Of a DNA stretch of 64,000 bases, positions 12,301-27,300 are shown piece by piece. The notes under the pieces are model-generated. The model had not been told where the DNA came from. It saw only the letters and a list, made by a program, of their open reading frames with translations, and searched no databases. A program made the position numbers and the translations under genes. Origin of the DNA: Balanoglossus misakiensis (taxonomy: Eukaryota; Animalia; Hemichordata); NCBI GenBank assembly GCA_040954595.2, contig CM082594.2:7150840-7214839 (forward strand), read 5' to 3'. Each line of letters begins with the position of its first letter. Positions within the stretch are counted from its first letter, which is position 1.

Positions 12301-15300
12301 TTCGAGCTGCGGCCGAACGACAAACTGTTGGCGCCGGGCTTCAAGATACACAGGCGGTCGTCGGGGCAGTCGTACACCAGCACGTTGGACGAGGAGATGG
12401 CCGCCTGCCTCTATCACGGTCAGCTCAAGTCCCACGCCGACAGCGCGGTCGCCATCAATACCTGCAACGGACTGGTGAGTCTCGTTTAATTCGTCGCGTT
12501 CTATTGTTTCAGCCTGAAAAGGAAACCCCCTGGAAGACTCCCCATTTTTTGGGTGTTTTTTTTCCCGGATCGTTTCATTAGTGAATCAAGGGGGACGGAA
12601 TCGGACAACGTGTGTCAATCGGGGTCAAGTGAATGAAGTGAGATGGATGCTCTTTGAAGACTGTATCGTTTAATTAGGCGCGTTCTTTGTTGGGTGAAGT
12701 GCTTTCAAACATGCTAATTGTGATCACTGGTATCAAAAGCAGCAGTGGTCTGGCTGCAGAGAACAGTGCGTATTAATATCCAGTAACCAGTCACTTCATC
12801 GACCTTTGAACCCCGGCTACCACCTATGACTGCAGAGGGGATAGACGTTCTGTATCTTTCTTGTCCCCAATGAGGTAGTTCTGGTTTCGGGCTTGAGACC
12901 TGAGGTGTTATGCGCCCAAGTTTTGCTTTGCCCCAGACTAACAGTCAGTCACCCGACAAATGGAGCAGACAATAGAAAAATAAACTATTATTAATTAAAT
13001 GTACAAATAAGTAGAGGGACATACAACTTGGATAGTAGTTGCGATGACTCGACTTATTCTTGACTAACATGAGGTGGTTTAGTCCCTGTGAGTTTGATTT
13101 ACAAACTGAAGTTTGTCCCGTCATGGGATTTTGTTCTGGTCTAGACCTCTGTTAGAATAATTGGCATAGTTTCCCACAATGGAGAGTTGATTATGCAGAC
13201 TGCGACTACGTTCAGTGTAAAAAAGGAAGTCATTGTTTTATTGCATCACAACTCGTAGTGGTAAATGTACTGTATGCAAGAGTCACGACACGTGTATTCT
13301 ACAACTAAAATCGAATAACTAGCACATTGACAGCGTTTGCTATGTGAGAGACAATTCGATTTATATGTGACAAGCCATTTTTGTCTGAGTAATGCTGTGT
13401 TCAAAATGATAGCTATACTCAGTATTTGTGTGGATGTAATACAAACTTCAACAGTCAGTTATATCCTAGCAAATGCTGACTGTGGGTCATTGTTGCTTGT
13501 TGGCAGGTTTCAGTTGTAAGATTGCCCTCATCTTTCAGCTAACTATGAATAAAACTGAAATGTCTGAGATGAGTTTACAAATATGTCTGCAACAAGGCGT
13601 ATCATGACGAGGAACCCAAAAATGTCCTTGTCTGTATTTTGTCTCTAGAAAAGCCTAATATAGTAAGCAGTAGTTTTTGTTTTAGATATAGGTATGCAAG
13701 ACAGCTTGTGCAAGAATCTTGCAATATGCTATATAAATATTCTACTTTGACTAATGACGCAGGTTCAAAAAGCCAAAAAGTAAAAGGGGCTATAGATAAT
13801 TCAAACATGTACATGACAATTAAAATGTATATGAACAAGAAGAATGAGCAAGAAAAGTGTCAGAAATTTCTTTTTCTTGCATTTTCACCCTTCCAAACTT
13901 TTATTCAAGGGAGGTTGTTTGAGGACAAATGTGATTACTGTTGTTGTTCTTGTGCATGTTTTATCTATGGCCCCTTATCTATATGGCAGATTTTTGAGAC
14001 GTTTTGACTGATTTCTTGGCAAGTCAAGGACGAACTGACAACTCAGATTGATAAAAACTAAACTGTTGGTAAACCTTGCACTCTGCATGGACCCCTCTGC
14101 CAAGCAGCTGTTACATCACTCAGAAAAGAGTAATTTGCTTGCGGCAATATTGCTTCCAGCACCGGAACTGAAAACTCCTTCATTGCTGTATTGTCAAAAA
14201 CCACGTCATCGTCAGCGGAGTCTGGTGTTGCCCTGTTAAAAAATGGACATGTGTGAAAACTGTTGATATTCGCAAATTGCGCATTAGAGACTTGTTACTG
14301 TTTAAATCATACAACACCGACTGATTTGCTTGTCATTATAGCATTATCAAATTGTCACATATGCAGTCTTTGCTCATAGCTGTAACATAGAATGTTCATA
14401 TAAAAGGTTAAAAAATAAGACAATGATGCCCAATGGTCCAAAGTCAAAGGTCATCCCCGCGAGATCTTAATGCTGGAGTATCCGTAAGAATATACACAAA
14501 CAAGGTTACAGTTTTATGTTAAGGTATACAAGTTAATTCACGTCTTTGCTTTGTTTTGATCAGACAAAGTTAATCATGACAACAAGGGATGAGAATTTTA
14601 AGTCAAATCTAAACAACATATTACCTCCCTGTCATTGTCTTGAACTCGAAAACAAGTGTAATTTTTATCAGCATACTTGAAACGAAAGGCAGTTGCTAGC
14701 CAACCAACAGTGCTCTGATTACAGTTTAGGCTCCCAACACTTGACATACCCACGTTCAGAAGAGGGACGAAGAATTTCCTACGATAAATACGGAGCCATG
14801 CAGCTACATTACATGGCGTACTGAAGCGTGGAGGCCAATCGCGACCTTTGTTCTGTGTATCTGTGAAGGAATTTAATTGAGAACGGTTCATATGAGGCTG
14901 CCATGCACAATATTTACGCATAATTTTTTATTTTACGTTCGTATTTAGCGTAATGTTATGAGAGAATAGCACTCAGGGAACCCTAGTTGGTGCAAGGGTT
15001 TGAGCAATGACTTGACATAATTTTTTTTACAGTGGGTTAGTGTTCTGTTCACTTTGCAAATATTCTGAGAGAATTGCAAAAGTCAGCACGATAACAAGAC
15101 CCTCTTACACCCTCGTTTTAGAGCCAGATTTTATGGTTTCGCCTGGACAATGCGACATAAAAGAAAAACAAGTATTCACTGTAGCTTTTTATGAGAGAAT
15201 AATTCCAAACTGTCTGTGTCGGAGGCGTCTACAACTAATTATTACAAATTCCCTCCATATGAACATTGCCCCAGCTCAAAGATCATGCTTATTGTTAAAC

Positions 15301-18300
15301 TGTGACATGTAATGGGTCTGGTGGTCCGGACTACAAAAGTATGCTGTACCCCGACACCAGTTATGATTCACGAATGCTGTTATTACATGCAGGGTTTGTA
15401 TGGTTTGGAAAAATCCCTGAATTTGAACCAATCCTGAAAATTTAAATCCCTGAGTCCTGGAAAAAAGTCAGGAAAATTTATTTGACCAATTGCTGTTGTC
15501 ATGAAATAGAGTCAAACATCATGTGAAATCTCTCCCGGAAAATTTGAAAGTTTTTTTATGGAATGAAGAAAGTTGGCCACACAGAACAAGTCACCCACTC
15601 CTTTGAAGTTTAAATCAACATTTGCTTTACTCTTGTTTCAAAGTAACATTCATTGCTTGGTTTCAAAAGACTGTTGATATATGCTTACATGGAGAACACC
15701 ATGACTATGTTTACTTTAGCATTGGAGTGCTGGTTCTGCCCCCTTCCCATTCCTCTATTGCTGTGCAGATTATCAAAGACTCGGCTTCATGCAAATTGGC
15801 AGAACAATAGCAAGGGGGAAGAAAAGTCTTTTTTTAACCAGTCTTCATAGACATGGACAAGTCGTTAAAGATAGTGATCTCGGGCGATCAGAAATCAATG
15901 AACTTCACAACTGTTTGACCATTTTCCATTTAGACACTGATTAAAACAATTTGCATTTTAGTTCAGCCAAACCAATTATCACCCACCTGTAATTTGCCCC
16001 AGTTTACCACGATGACCAACAAGCTTGTTTTATTTTCACACCGTTTTGTGGTGACACCTACTCTCTGCCATCAAGCCAATTCACAGGTAATTATCTGCAC
16101 ACAACAATGTCTGAGTGAAGCCATTGTATCATTCTGATGTAGTTTTCCCATGAAAATTTTTGTACACAAATCCAGCATTCCTGAGCAGTACTAATATAAT
16201 ATTACATGTAGACTCAGCCTACAATATCTTGATCACCAGATTTACCAGTGGAATATTAAATTTTCATCAAAAATTTATTTTACCACTTTTGGAGAACATC
16301 TTCTGAAAAAAAATCTTCAACTACACTTAAAAGTGCAAGGTAAAGTGACTAAGGACATTTCTCTCTTAATACGTATGATTGCATTGACCTACATGTAATC
16401 TCAGCTTTGGGGGGAAATTTCTTGCGGTGACTGAAACAGCCTTAATATAACTGTAAGGCATCAGCACTCTGTCCTTCTCTGGGCTTTCAGGTCTCTGGCA
16501 AGGCATCGCACCGGAACCATCTTTGAAGTTTCATGTTTCAGAAGGTTATTAGAGGGAGCGCGATGATTAATGAATGATGACCTCACCTACGCTCAACAAA
16601 CCGAACTTTGTACGATCAGAAACTGCATGTGCATGATCCACTGTGGACGTGAATCGAAAAGTTTGTCAGGTGCCCGGGAATGGTACAATAATCAGAAACA
16701 GTCTTTTTCTGCTCTGTCTCTTGACAGATGTAATACTCCCTTTGCGTCACGGACACCGCAGACATAAATTGTTGAATTTCGTACCACATAGTCTAGTCTT
16801 GCTCCAAATATATGTGTACAGAAACATGCAGTCGCTTTGCTTGGCGGCGCGTCGTACGCAGTATGAAAGTTCCATTCCTTATCGACAGGCACAGCGACTG
16901 CCATAGAGTCGATACAAAGTCTAGAATCACTAATCTGGCGTTCAAACAAAGCCTTGCTTTTGCTGTCATCTTGCTGAATTCTAGACTGGTTTTTGAAATC
17001 CCAAAAGATGAAAATCACTAGTTTGAAAATACAGTGCATCTAATCCCAAAGCTGTGACTTCAGCCAATTGCAGGCTCTCATAGCTGTTAATATCCGAGCT
17101 GTCATGGGTCTTTGCTTAAGTCACGCTTTTGATAAGCCATGATTTACGCAGTTGACCCCAGTACCAGCAATTATACTGGGCCCACTGTGCAATTATGGCT
17201 GGTAGTTTCAGCAGAGGGAGATTGCAGAGTAGTGTGTGCTTTGTGAATGACTTTGTGTGATGGGGAGAATGCCCATACACTTGCTGTCAATGTTGCTGTC
17301 AGTGCGAATCGGTTTAAGATAGATGTTTGTTTGGGTTGATCAACAATACTGTCAATGTTACAATTACATATAAAAGAGGAGATTTAGGGGAGGACGTGTC
17401 TATGATGTCAGTGTTGGACAATTCAGGTTTCCATGGAGGTCACGTACTGAGTCAGTCGCTGTTGATAAGATACAAAAAAAATGAAAAAAGTGAGGTCATG
17501 GCATTCCGTGTGGAAGAGTGAGTTCTTGTGTAGGTCTTGGGAAGTCAAAGACGATGTCATTGCCATTGGCAAGGCAAGACTCGACCGTGAGTTGTCCGGA
17601 GTTTGAGAGGTTATCCGGCAGCCGGAACGGATGACAAGTGGTGCAGGGATTGGATCAGGAAATATGCCTCACGGAATATTCAGAAGGTTGATGGGGAGGG
17701 TCAGTGTCCAGTGGGAATAATGTCTTCACTTTCACTGTGATGGAAGTTTTGCACTTGCCCCTTAGCTGTTCTGCCAGAATGAGCTTTTATTGCACATTGT
17801 GGAAGAAGTTTAGCCACGAATAGTGGCCACGAATAGTTTTATCTGCATCAATGCAGTTTAGAGGACTTTATTAAACAGTCAGATTTCCCAATGGAAAATA
17901 TATATGTAACATTGGAAATTCTGTTGACATATCTTTTCCATATCGCTTTGATTATAGCTCTCACACCAAGCATGATTTTAGTGTTTCTGTTGCTTCTGTA
18001 TCAGTTCTTGGCTCTTCTTCAGAATCTCCTGGAATCCCTTCCCGCTAATCTAACCACTTGGAGCATATTGTCAGTCCTTATTCCATTGACTCTGCTAATC
18101 TCGAATTGGTTAATTAGCTTCAAACATTTTCTCAGACTTAATTTCTCTTACTGGCACGCTGTCAGCTACAGGAGGCTAAAGGAATCCGATCCCAACCCTT
18201 CCTGATACCCAGACTGACGCTTTTCGTGAATCAAACCCATATTGGCCAGAAGTGGTGTTTGTCCATCTGTCTTGCCGATCTTAATCACAGTGATTATGCC

Positions 18301-21300
18301 GGCATCCTTTTGATAATGGTCCTCTGTTCTGCAAGGCTAATGCCTGCACATCATTCTCCGACACACAAAAACACGGCACAATGGACAGCTCTTCCAGGTT
18401 ATGTATCCCTGGTGGGTACCTAGCGGGAAGATCATTGCATTCCCATCTCCTGCCCATTGATTTATTAATCCCAAGTCGGCCATACCTCCTCTCGGCCACT
18501 CCAAGTATCAAACCACAGCTAACTGATTCATCACCATCAATTGTCCATGTGTAACTTATCGGTATTGTGTCCCCCTCTTAATTGACTAATACCTGAGAAA
18601 TCGTTTGTAATTTCTTTTCTTCTCCCCGTGAGTGTCTTATCTGACCTCTTAAGATAGCTATAATCAAGCCGTCCATATCATACAAGAGTTTAATTCCCCG
18701 GGCCTCTCTCTGCAGCTCCGTAGGTCTCAATTTAATGCTCACAAGGTTCCCTTTGTGTTTGGTGCAGTGTTGTGACAGCCTGTGGTACATGTACAGAGTA
18801 TAGTGACCATCAGGTTGCCGACCTTTGCCCGACAAGGCGTAGCAGGTGCGCGTGCCAGAGAATTGCTTGAATAGATTCTCAGCTCAGGTAGGATGCCTCG
18901 GCTGATTCAGGGCAGAACCATTTCATATCAAGGGGGAGGGCATTAGTGGGAGGATTTTTGGAGAGATCGATGGTTGTTGCTGGCTAGATGGTGAGGAAAA
19001 TTTTAACACTTGAAAAAAGGCTCTCAAAAAGAATCCCCCCCCCCCCCCAGAAAAAAAGAGTTGATCCTCACCCCCTAGATTTCAGTCAAACTTGGTCAAA
19101 GCGAATAAATACAGCTGGATCTGATAATTTTCAACTGATAAGCTGTTCACCTCATCCAGTTCAGGGTTTATGATGCAGTCATTAATTGCTGTCCCCAATT
19201 ATAAAAACAGGAACAATTGCTTAGGGTGTAACAACAATCTATCAGACCACTTGAGATCTTTAGACAAACACAGCAGGGGATCCGGTAGCAGCTACAGTAT
19301 CCCCACCACAGTGGTTTTCTTACCGCTGTGATTCTCTTTATGTCAGACTTTTATTTTTTTACCCTGTTGCTTTTAGTTTACAGATCCAATGAAATCCACT
19401 GTGCTATACATCAAAATGCAGTGACCCAACTTTCTAATGAGACATTGAAAGGAAACTGGAGAGTCTTTGATTATAACAATGCAGGACAGAAAAACAGTAT
19501 CTGTACAATTTCTTAATTAAAACGCCAACAAAGACTAACAAACAAACCATTTATACTATAAAACAGCTCATTAATGGTCCATTCTGCGACAGGGCAACTC
19601 CCTGTCAGTAATCAACCTGACTATTGTGGGCTTCTTTTCTCAGGTGGAAAAGTCAGTTGCATCCAAGATTAATTTTCTTAGAATGGAGCTTGGGATGTAT
19701 CATGTACAGGAACGTGTCTCATGTTTTAATTCATTATTGCTGCAGGGACAGTATCGATTCAAAACGTTTTTGCTTGATGTTATCGGGATTCTAGTCCCCT
19801 GCTCAAACTGTGCCACCCATTAGCCCTTTGAAGAAAACACAGCCAGTGGCAATTACAGTGTTTACAAACTTCATTAGTTCATTGTGGTACACAAATCAGT
19901 GTGTTATACTTTGCCCTTTCAAACCAGCAACTTACCCCCTTTGTATTTCTGTGCCAATTTGTAGGCTTTTCTTTGTATGCAAAAGTGGAAGACCAACATT
20001 CAGATCATTTCAACCTGCAGTTTGTGTGAACTTTCCCTTTCAAGTTCATATTCAAACACCAAATCTTTTCAAGTATAATACAGTGAAGTTATAGAGAATC
20101 TAGAATCATGCAGTCACAATTAGTTGTGTGGCTAAGTCTTGAAGCTGCTAAAATTCAATTATACACAAATCTATTCAGAATTATCTACGAAGGTATCAAA
20201 ATCCTCGGACTTTATGTGAGAATCAGTGGCAAATGTCTTAGTTTGTCTTTTTGAAAAAGTGCAAGATTTATACGGAGATTTGTACACCGAGCGAAAAAGA
20301 TTAGTGGCCCCAAACAGAATGATTGATAACACAGAAGGACGTCGGTGCTCTTCTTTGAAATGTTTGAAGTTAAACCATAAATTCTGCCCAGATTCAGGTA
20401 CTTTGCATGATTTAAAATGCAAGACAAAGCTCGTGGGGTGCTTATAGGCTTTTCAGTTGACGACCGCGAAACCGAGAGAGGTAAGCTTGAATTTATCTGA
20501 AGTGCCGCCGTGTTTAATCCACAATGATTGTTGAAGCAGAAACAAAGTCAAGTCACCTTTTGTGGTGATGATCTTCAGAAAATTGCAATCAAGGCCTTAT
20601 TATCGCCAGACCACCCATTTTGAACATTTTTTTTGGACAAAGCAGCAGTCTGTTATGAACAGAAAAGAGCCGTCCAAGGTAGTAGACTCATCACTTCTTT
20701 TTTTCGCTCTTTCCTTCTTTCTTCCCACGGAAGATTAAGCCAATAAAATACCCTCTGAAGAGTACTCCCTTAGCAATTATACACAGTCATTCTGTGTCGA
20801 GTGACTGTGAGTCATAGCAATGACTCCAATGAGGCATATTTTTTCCAAGACAAAAGATGAAGATGATGTATTTCATCAGTCAATAAAACACTGTCCCAGT
20901 GGTCTTCATTCACCACAGAAGATGAATTAGACTGCATCAGTTGAAGAAGACCACATCCTTCCCTAGTGACTTTTCCATTCGGGATATAAAGTTATTCCCA
21001 GGCCTGTGCAAACCGTTTATTGCCTTGAATACAATTGAATCTAATTACAAGGTGAAAGTGGCTGTGATCCCACCTCTTAGATCCATATCCGGTTTTCTTA
21101 AATTGTCCGTTGAAATGAGGCAGCCGGTTATAGCCACAGACGATGTACATTGTACCATCCCATCTTTCCAAGGTGCTTCGGCCAATTGTCTGAGAGGTGA
21201 CGGTTGCAAATTGAAGTTGCTCGTTGCATTTGTCCTGCGCAGGCAGAACTAATGGGGTACCCTTTCTGCTCCAACCTCTCAATAGACAGACCTGCTATTC

Positions 21301-24300
21301 TTCGTCAGTTCTGTTCTGCATTATTCTCTCTTTTGTAGTCGTCGGAAGTCATCGCCAAATTAGCGAAATTGCGTCTCCACCCTGTCCCAAGGTTGGATAT
21401 CAGAAGTGACAGTTATTTCGGAACTGACTATACAAAAAACAGGCAAAATACCCATTTCCTCTTCTTTTATTCAATTTGTGTGTAATTGAAGATGATGGCC
21501 TTTACAGAAATTGGTACCGAGAGAGAGACTTGCTCCTGTGTTGTCCAAAGGCCAAGAAAAATTGCCAGCTATCCTTGGAAACCAAAAAAAAACCATCCCT
21601 TGTGTTTTGCCTCCCTCGCATTCCATCAGCAATGCATTTGTTCATTGCACTTGTTACTGCACGTCTTTCACTGGGTAATTTGTCGACATTGAGTTTGTCT
21701 TGATGGTCACAGAGCCATGAAGAGGATAGAGTGTCTTAATGTTTATTAAATTCCATTCAATTCATCATCAGACAGGCAAAAGTGCATTCACAGGATGAGG
21801 TGGCCCGCCTTTCCTGGGTAAGGGCGGGATCGTTTTGTAGTGAAGTGCCTTGCTCATGGGTGTGACGTCTGAGCTATATATACTAACCATTCTAGGATAG
21901 TGATTCCTGAACTCTGGTCACTGTAAAATGATTCTGTGTGAATGATTCAATTCAAGTATTCGCCCTTTTGCCACCATGGTTTGGTCCAATATCAAGAGAA
22001 AATTACCAACTAGCTACATTACTAGCTATGGTTATTTTAGAATAATTAGAGACATCCTGTTAACTTAACCATATATGGCCATAGGTAAATCAATGATTAT
22101 TGTATTCCTTTAATGCGTGTAGAATCATCAAGTGATAAACTTGTAGAAATGGCCCTGTGAGTTTTCCAAACAGGAAATCCAGTTGTGTATCATTTTGTAT
22201 CCACTGGGAATTTATACAGTCTGTTCAAGTGTATCTCCATGGAATATGATGAGAAGCACTCATGGTATTTACCTTGCTTTGACTGAAAACAAAAGATCTA
22301 GCAGAAGATTAAAAGCTTTGATGGAGATCTCTGTCCCACCCACTTCAGTGTGTGTCACTAGGGATATGGGATCAAGCTATTAGGTAGAATAATAAACTCT
22401 TAGCCAAGTGGGTCAGAGCTTTGCCTTTGCAAAAAGGTATTTTATTTGGTAGAATGGGGAGAAAGAGGGGGAGAGGGAGAGGGAGAAGGAGAGAGAGTTG
22501 CAATGTATATATTTGAGTAAAGAAACAAAAATGTGAACACTTCCTCCACACGTTTCATACATCTTTGCATGGGAGAACCATCAAAACATTGACCTCACTT
22601 CCTATAAACTACAACTTTCTTGTATTTCATGTATTTGGCACCCAGGGGGCCTAACTCTTCAGTATTAAGTTGTAGGTCTCACTATAGTGCAAAGTCGAAC
22701 AAATACTAAATATTATTGAGAAGTTTTTGCTACATTGTAACTTAAGTCTCAGCCACCCACGGCGTCTGATGCTGTTCAAGGAGTGTGGAATTGCAGGGTT
22801 AAACTTGAAATGTTTTTCGGAGTTCGTTTGTACCTTTAAATCAGACCTGTTTATTTTTGCAGCCATGTGCGAAAATATGTCAATTTTTTCACACCCAGGT
22901 TGACCGGAAATACCTCAACAAAATGTGCTTTTTGACAGAGCAAATACATTTTCTTTTTGTGAAATTCAAACTACAAAAGAATTCGGAATGTGCACGGAAA
23001 AAAACTTTTGCCTGTATCAAGCGCTGTGCTTGTTATTCTGTTATTTTTTCCAGTGAGATTTTAACACTCTGAGTTATTTTTTCTAGACCAGAGCTAATAA
23101 ACTAGTGAGTTTCTTTTCCTAATGTACCTCAAAGGTAGAAAGAAGATATTTGCAGCCAGAGGCTAACCAGTGGCTTGACATAAATTGCCTGTCAAAATCT
23201 TCAAGCAATTAAATTGCAAGTAAAGTCTGCATACAATAGCTTGTCTATATGCCAAAACTTCCTGAGTGCATTGTACCTGCCTGACAGACAGGCTATTAAT
23301 GATTTCCACACAGTTTGTTAAACATGCGAATTTGCCTTTTTTAGAATAGTCTGCCACAAACAATTAGTAAGACAAATGCTTGGCAAAGGCCTTGTCTGAT
23401 TACCTATTGATTCTGCATCACACCGTTTTGTCAGAAATCCCTCTCTTCTTCGGAACACCTTTCATGATAGCAATTATCAGTGGATTGTCAAGTTTTTCAT
23501 CCGCTAATCGGGCACTGGCTAATTCCTAAATTGCAGGTAGAGTTGGATTAACGGTAAATGTTGTCAGTGACAATTTCATGGCCGATGGATTGAAACAAAT
23601 CCAGAGCATGAGGTTTTGTTTCAAACGCCCAACTGTCTGCATGTTAAAGAACAATGCAGGCTATTACCATTATCTGATTGCCTGGTCTTGGAAGTTCCCA
23701 ACAGCTGAGAGCCTTGTTAATAAAATTAAACACACTCGTACATATGATACATGCATGCACACACAGATGCATACACACACACACACACATACATGTTCAT
23801 ACATATATACTGGGTATAACTTGCTTTTACTTGATTTGAAAAAATTCTACCTTGTCAATTAATCATTTCATGTGAAAATATAGGGGTACCGTGTATATTT
23901 CTGGTTCAATGGAAACTTTTGATGTTTTGATTTCACATGTAGAAAGGTGTACCATTATAATTTGCCTCTTGTAAATCACTGCATCTGGTAGTCAGATTTC
24001 TTCATATCAAACTAGTGAATGCACCCACTTGCGAATTCTTTGACCCAGTACTTATAATAGTCTCACTATTTATGATAAATCTGGGTTTTGATAAATGATA
24101 GATTTTGAAAAACTAGACCATTTCAGAAAGTAAATGATTGTCGTGAAGCTTACCAAGTCAGAATGAAGGGCCAGGGTAGGAATGCTGATTTACACAGTTT
24201 AGATAAAAGGACGTATACAATCTTATAAATTTTGATGCAAAAGCACAAATTACATTCAGAGAATTCCTCACCACAAATACAGCTGACGTTGAAAAAGTAG

Positions 24301-27300
24301 GTTTATACGAACTCAAAATCAACAGTGGTGCTTGGCTGAAACTTAACATTACTGAAGGAATCCTGAACCTGCTGGCCCAAGGGTACAGTTCATGTATATC
24401 TAGGCCAAATATGGGGTGAATTTCTCATTTAATAGTGCTCTTGAAAGAGCTAGAGATGTCAAATTTCGGTGGTAGACATGGCAACAGCATTGTGCAAAAT
24501 TGAGGAGTGTTTCAAAATAAGTTGTACTTGAAGATTTGACACCGCTCTGTTACAATACAATATTTGTTTTATTTAACCCCAGATCAGAAGTATTGTCGGT
24601 GGAAAGATATAAAAAAGTGGTATAATATACCAGTGTAAATTTTACCGAAATGCATAGAAGTTAGCCAATTTAGACACAAGAGATATTCTTGCATAGTCCT
24701 ATAGATACCCGGTGCATACATAGTGGTATGATTGATTGGGACATTGATTGAAATCTGCTATTTAATGGTCAAGAGGATTGCAGAGCACAGATTGTTAGCT
24801 ATAGTGGTACGTACTATAGTCTACACAATTCCATGACCACACACATACATGTATTGATCTTCATGCGTAGGAGAATTAATCTGCTAGGATTTGAGATTTG
24901 CAATATCTCGTCGTAGGTGTATAATCACTGAACAAATACGAAAGCGATCGAGCGCCAGGAGAAAAGAAAGAGTCCAACATTTGAAGCACTCCAGGTGACA
25001 TGTCACGGATCACCAGCTTTTTATTCGGTTGTGTAATCGCACCATTGATCAACTCTAGTAGACTGGTCAGTCGGAAAGTGGGCTTCAATACAGCTCTTGT
25101 GTGTGGCTGTTTTGTGTGTGAATGAGAAGGCAATCTCAGATCTTGGATTAAATGTATCTAACCCCACAGGCGCCGTTTATCATTTTCAAATCTGTGAAAT
25201 CCTGTGTTTTATGTCGAAGTTACGTAACTGTCTTAGCGACTTGTTTTTGAGCGTGCATGTACATTGTACAGTGATAACATTACAGTTATATCAGGGTTCA
25301 TACATTGATATAACTGAGTTCTTTCCTGGACATAACACTTTGTCAAGTTACCCTTTCTTTGCACAGTCATACATCAATGTCGTTTACTGTCCTACAATGA
25401 TGGGTGTATGGTAGTCATCTAAGATAAAAGTGACTGGAACATACACGTTACATACACTGCCATCCTACATGCACACTCTAATGAAAAAACACAAGAAAGC
25501 CAAAGCTACATTTGCATGATCATTGACTCATAGTTGCTGGCTTTTGCCATGTGCAGTCAACCTCATTAGATCCATGGCATTTGTCTTTTTCATCCTCTTA
25601 TTCCAGCTGAGTGCTCGATGTTTGCCACTCAGCCATCCTCTTCATCGTTTGACGTCATCTTCAAAGTCTGTTTGTGTCCATCCACCGAATCCAGATTAAG
25701 AGATTCAGACGTGTGACAAGTTTAAACTTGACAGCAGATATCGACCATGCTTGAACCCTTTCACCCCCATGGTTCAGTCCAAACCCGTTGTTTACTGTGG
25801 TGAGGTTGGACCTCTTAAGAGGGAACTGGGGGTGAAAGGGTTAGCTAGGCAACGACTTGTGTACTTCATTCTGTGAAAAAATGTTGGTGGTTTTTTTCAT
25901 GCATGCACTTGAAACAGGAACACTGACTACCTTGATCAGTGTGGCTGTCTTGCAAAAACCTTTATCTGTCATTTCTCATATTCCTTCGACCATAAATCAC
26001 AGTTGCTAAAGGAACAATGGAATGCACTAAACTCTTTCAATCTCTAGCCATCTCTGGTATCATAATAGCTCGGGTTAAATCTCTTATTGACGTTTTATTT
26101 TTCTGATTGCGTGGCAGGGGTGTGTTGATTATTGCAACTGTTATAGAGCTACTTTATAGTAGAATTGGTATTGATTAATTATTAAACAAAAACAGCATGA
26201 ACACTGCTTACTCCAAATAGTACAAGAACATACATTTTAGTGGTACACTTGTGTATGTTAGTTTTTCAATGAAAGAAAGCCGTAATATAATGCACCAATG
26301 ATATATTACATTTTCCAAATCACCTGTGGTCTAACTTAGGTTTGCTGCAGTTGCTTAGTGATTTGTACCAGTTTGCAATACACTTGTGGATTGAAGGAGT
26401 GAAATTTGTCAAAATTACCAATAAGCAGAATTTGCAATTAGGGTGGCCTCTTCTTAATTTGTGTAGTATAGAAAAGTTATTTTCACAGCTGTTGTACCGA
26501 AGTAGCTCCTTTAAACAAGAAAAAAGTGGTTCTGTCGCATTGTGACTCACCGAAGTTTAATGTGGAACAAAGGTGAAATGTTAAATGGTAGACCTAATTA
26601 TGTCACAGATAATATTGTTTCTGTGGATAAGTTTCTGTATAGGTACGGCCTGCATAGGTTGTCGCCATGGCAAACCAAAGCAATTCGTCAGACAACAGAA
26701 AAACATGTAAACCACTGAGTGACTACGATCGCTGTGTTGGTGCGTAATAAATCCGTACAATAAGGGTTTCTTTGGCTGGAATCGTGCCTTGTTCTGTAGC
26801 CGAGCAAGAGTGTTTGTTTTAATAAACCTTCTCGGCCCGAGACGTGCCGTCGCATCAAAGCGACCGGCGGACACGTTATACAAATTTGCCGAAATGGGAT
26901 CCGAAGAGTTTCGTGTTCCCGGCTCGCTGCAGAAGCGAGATCGGGGCCACCTGTGTGTTTTCAGCGGTGTCCAAGCAAGCGTGTAAGGCAACCCCCCCTG
27001 TTTGGGCCACTGTGAGAGCAGACACTGTCAACAGTTAAATCCTATTGGCAAACATTCCGTCAATATCAAGTGATCATTCTCAGCAGATTGTGGGCTGAAA
27101 GTAGCTGTCCTAAACAAACATGTAAACATTAGCGAGCAAACATCAAGAGCTGGTTACCCAGGCCTTGTATCCATCCACAAAAAAATACAAGCAATGTGTC
27201 CTACATACATTACACTTTGGGGAAAAAATTCACACCACTCTCACACATTGTCATTGGATGGAAGGTTCTCTGAGTGTGTGCTTTTACATTCTCAGGCTGT

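Noticed and set aside
17891-18205. 104 aa hydrophobic ORF as a nested membrane protein
   Set aside because: Leu/Ile richness follows from T-rich sequence, and there is no recognisable motif or splice support.
21790-21870. SINE-like fragment with hairpin and GTGAAGTGCCTTGCTCA
   Set aside because: Single short patch that cannot be assigned to a family without a database search.
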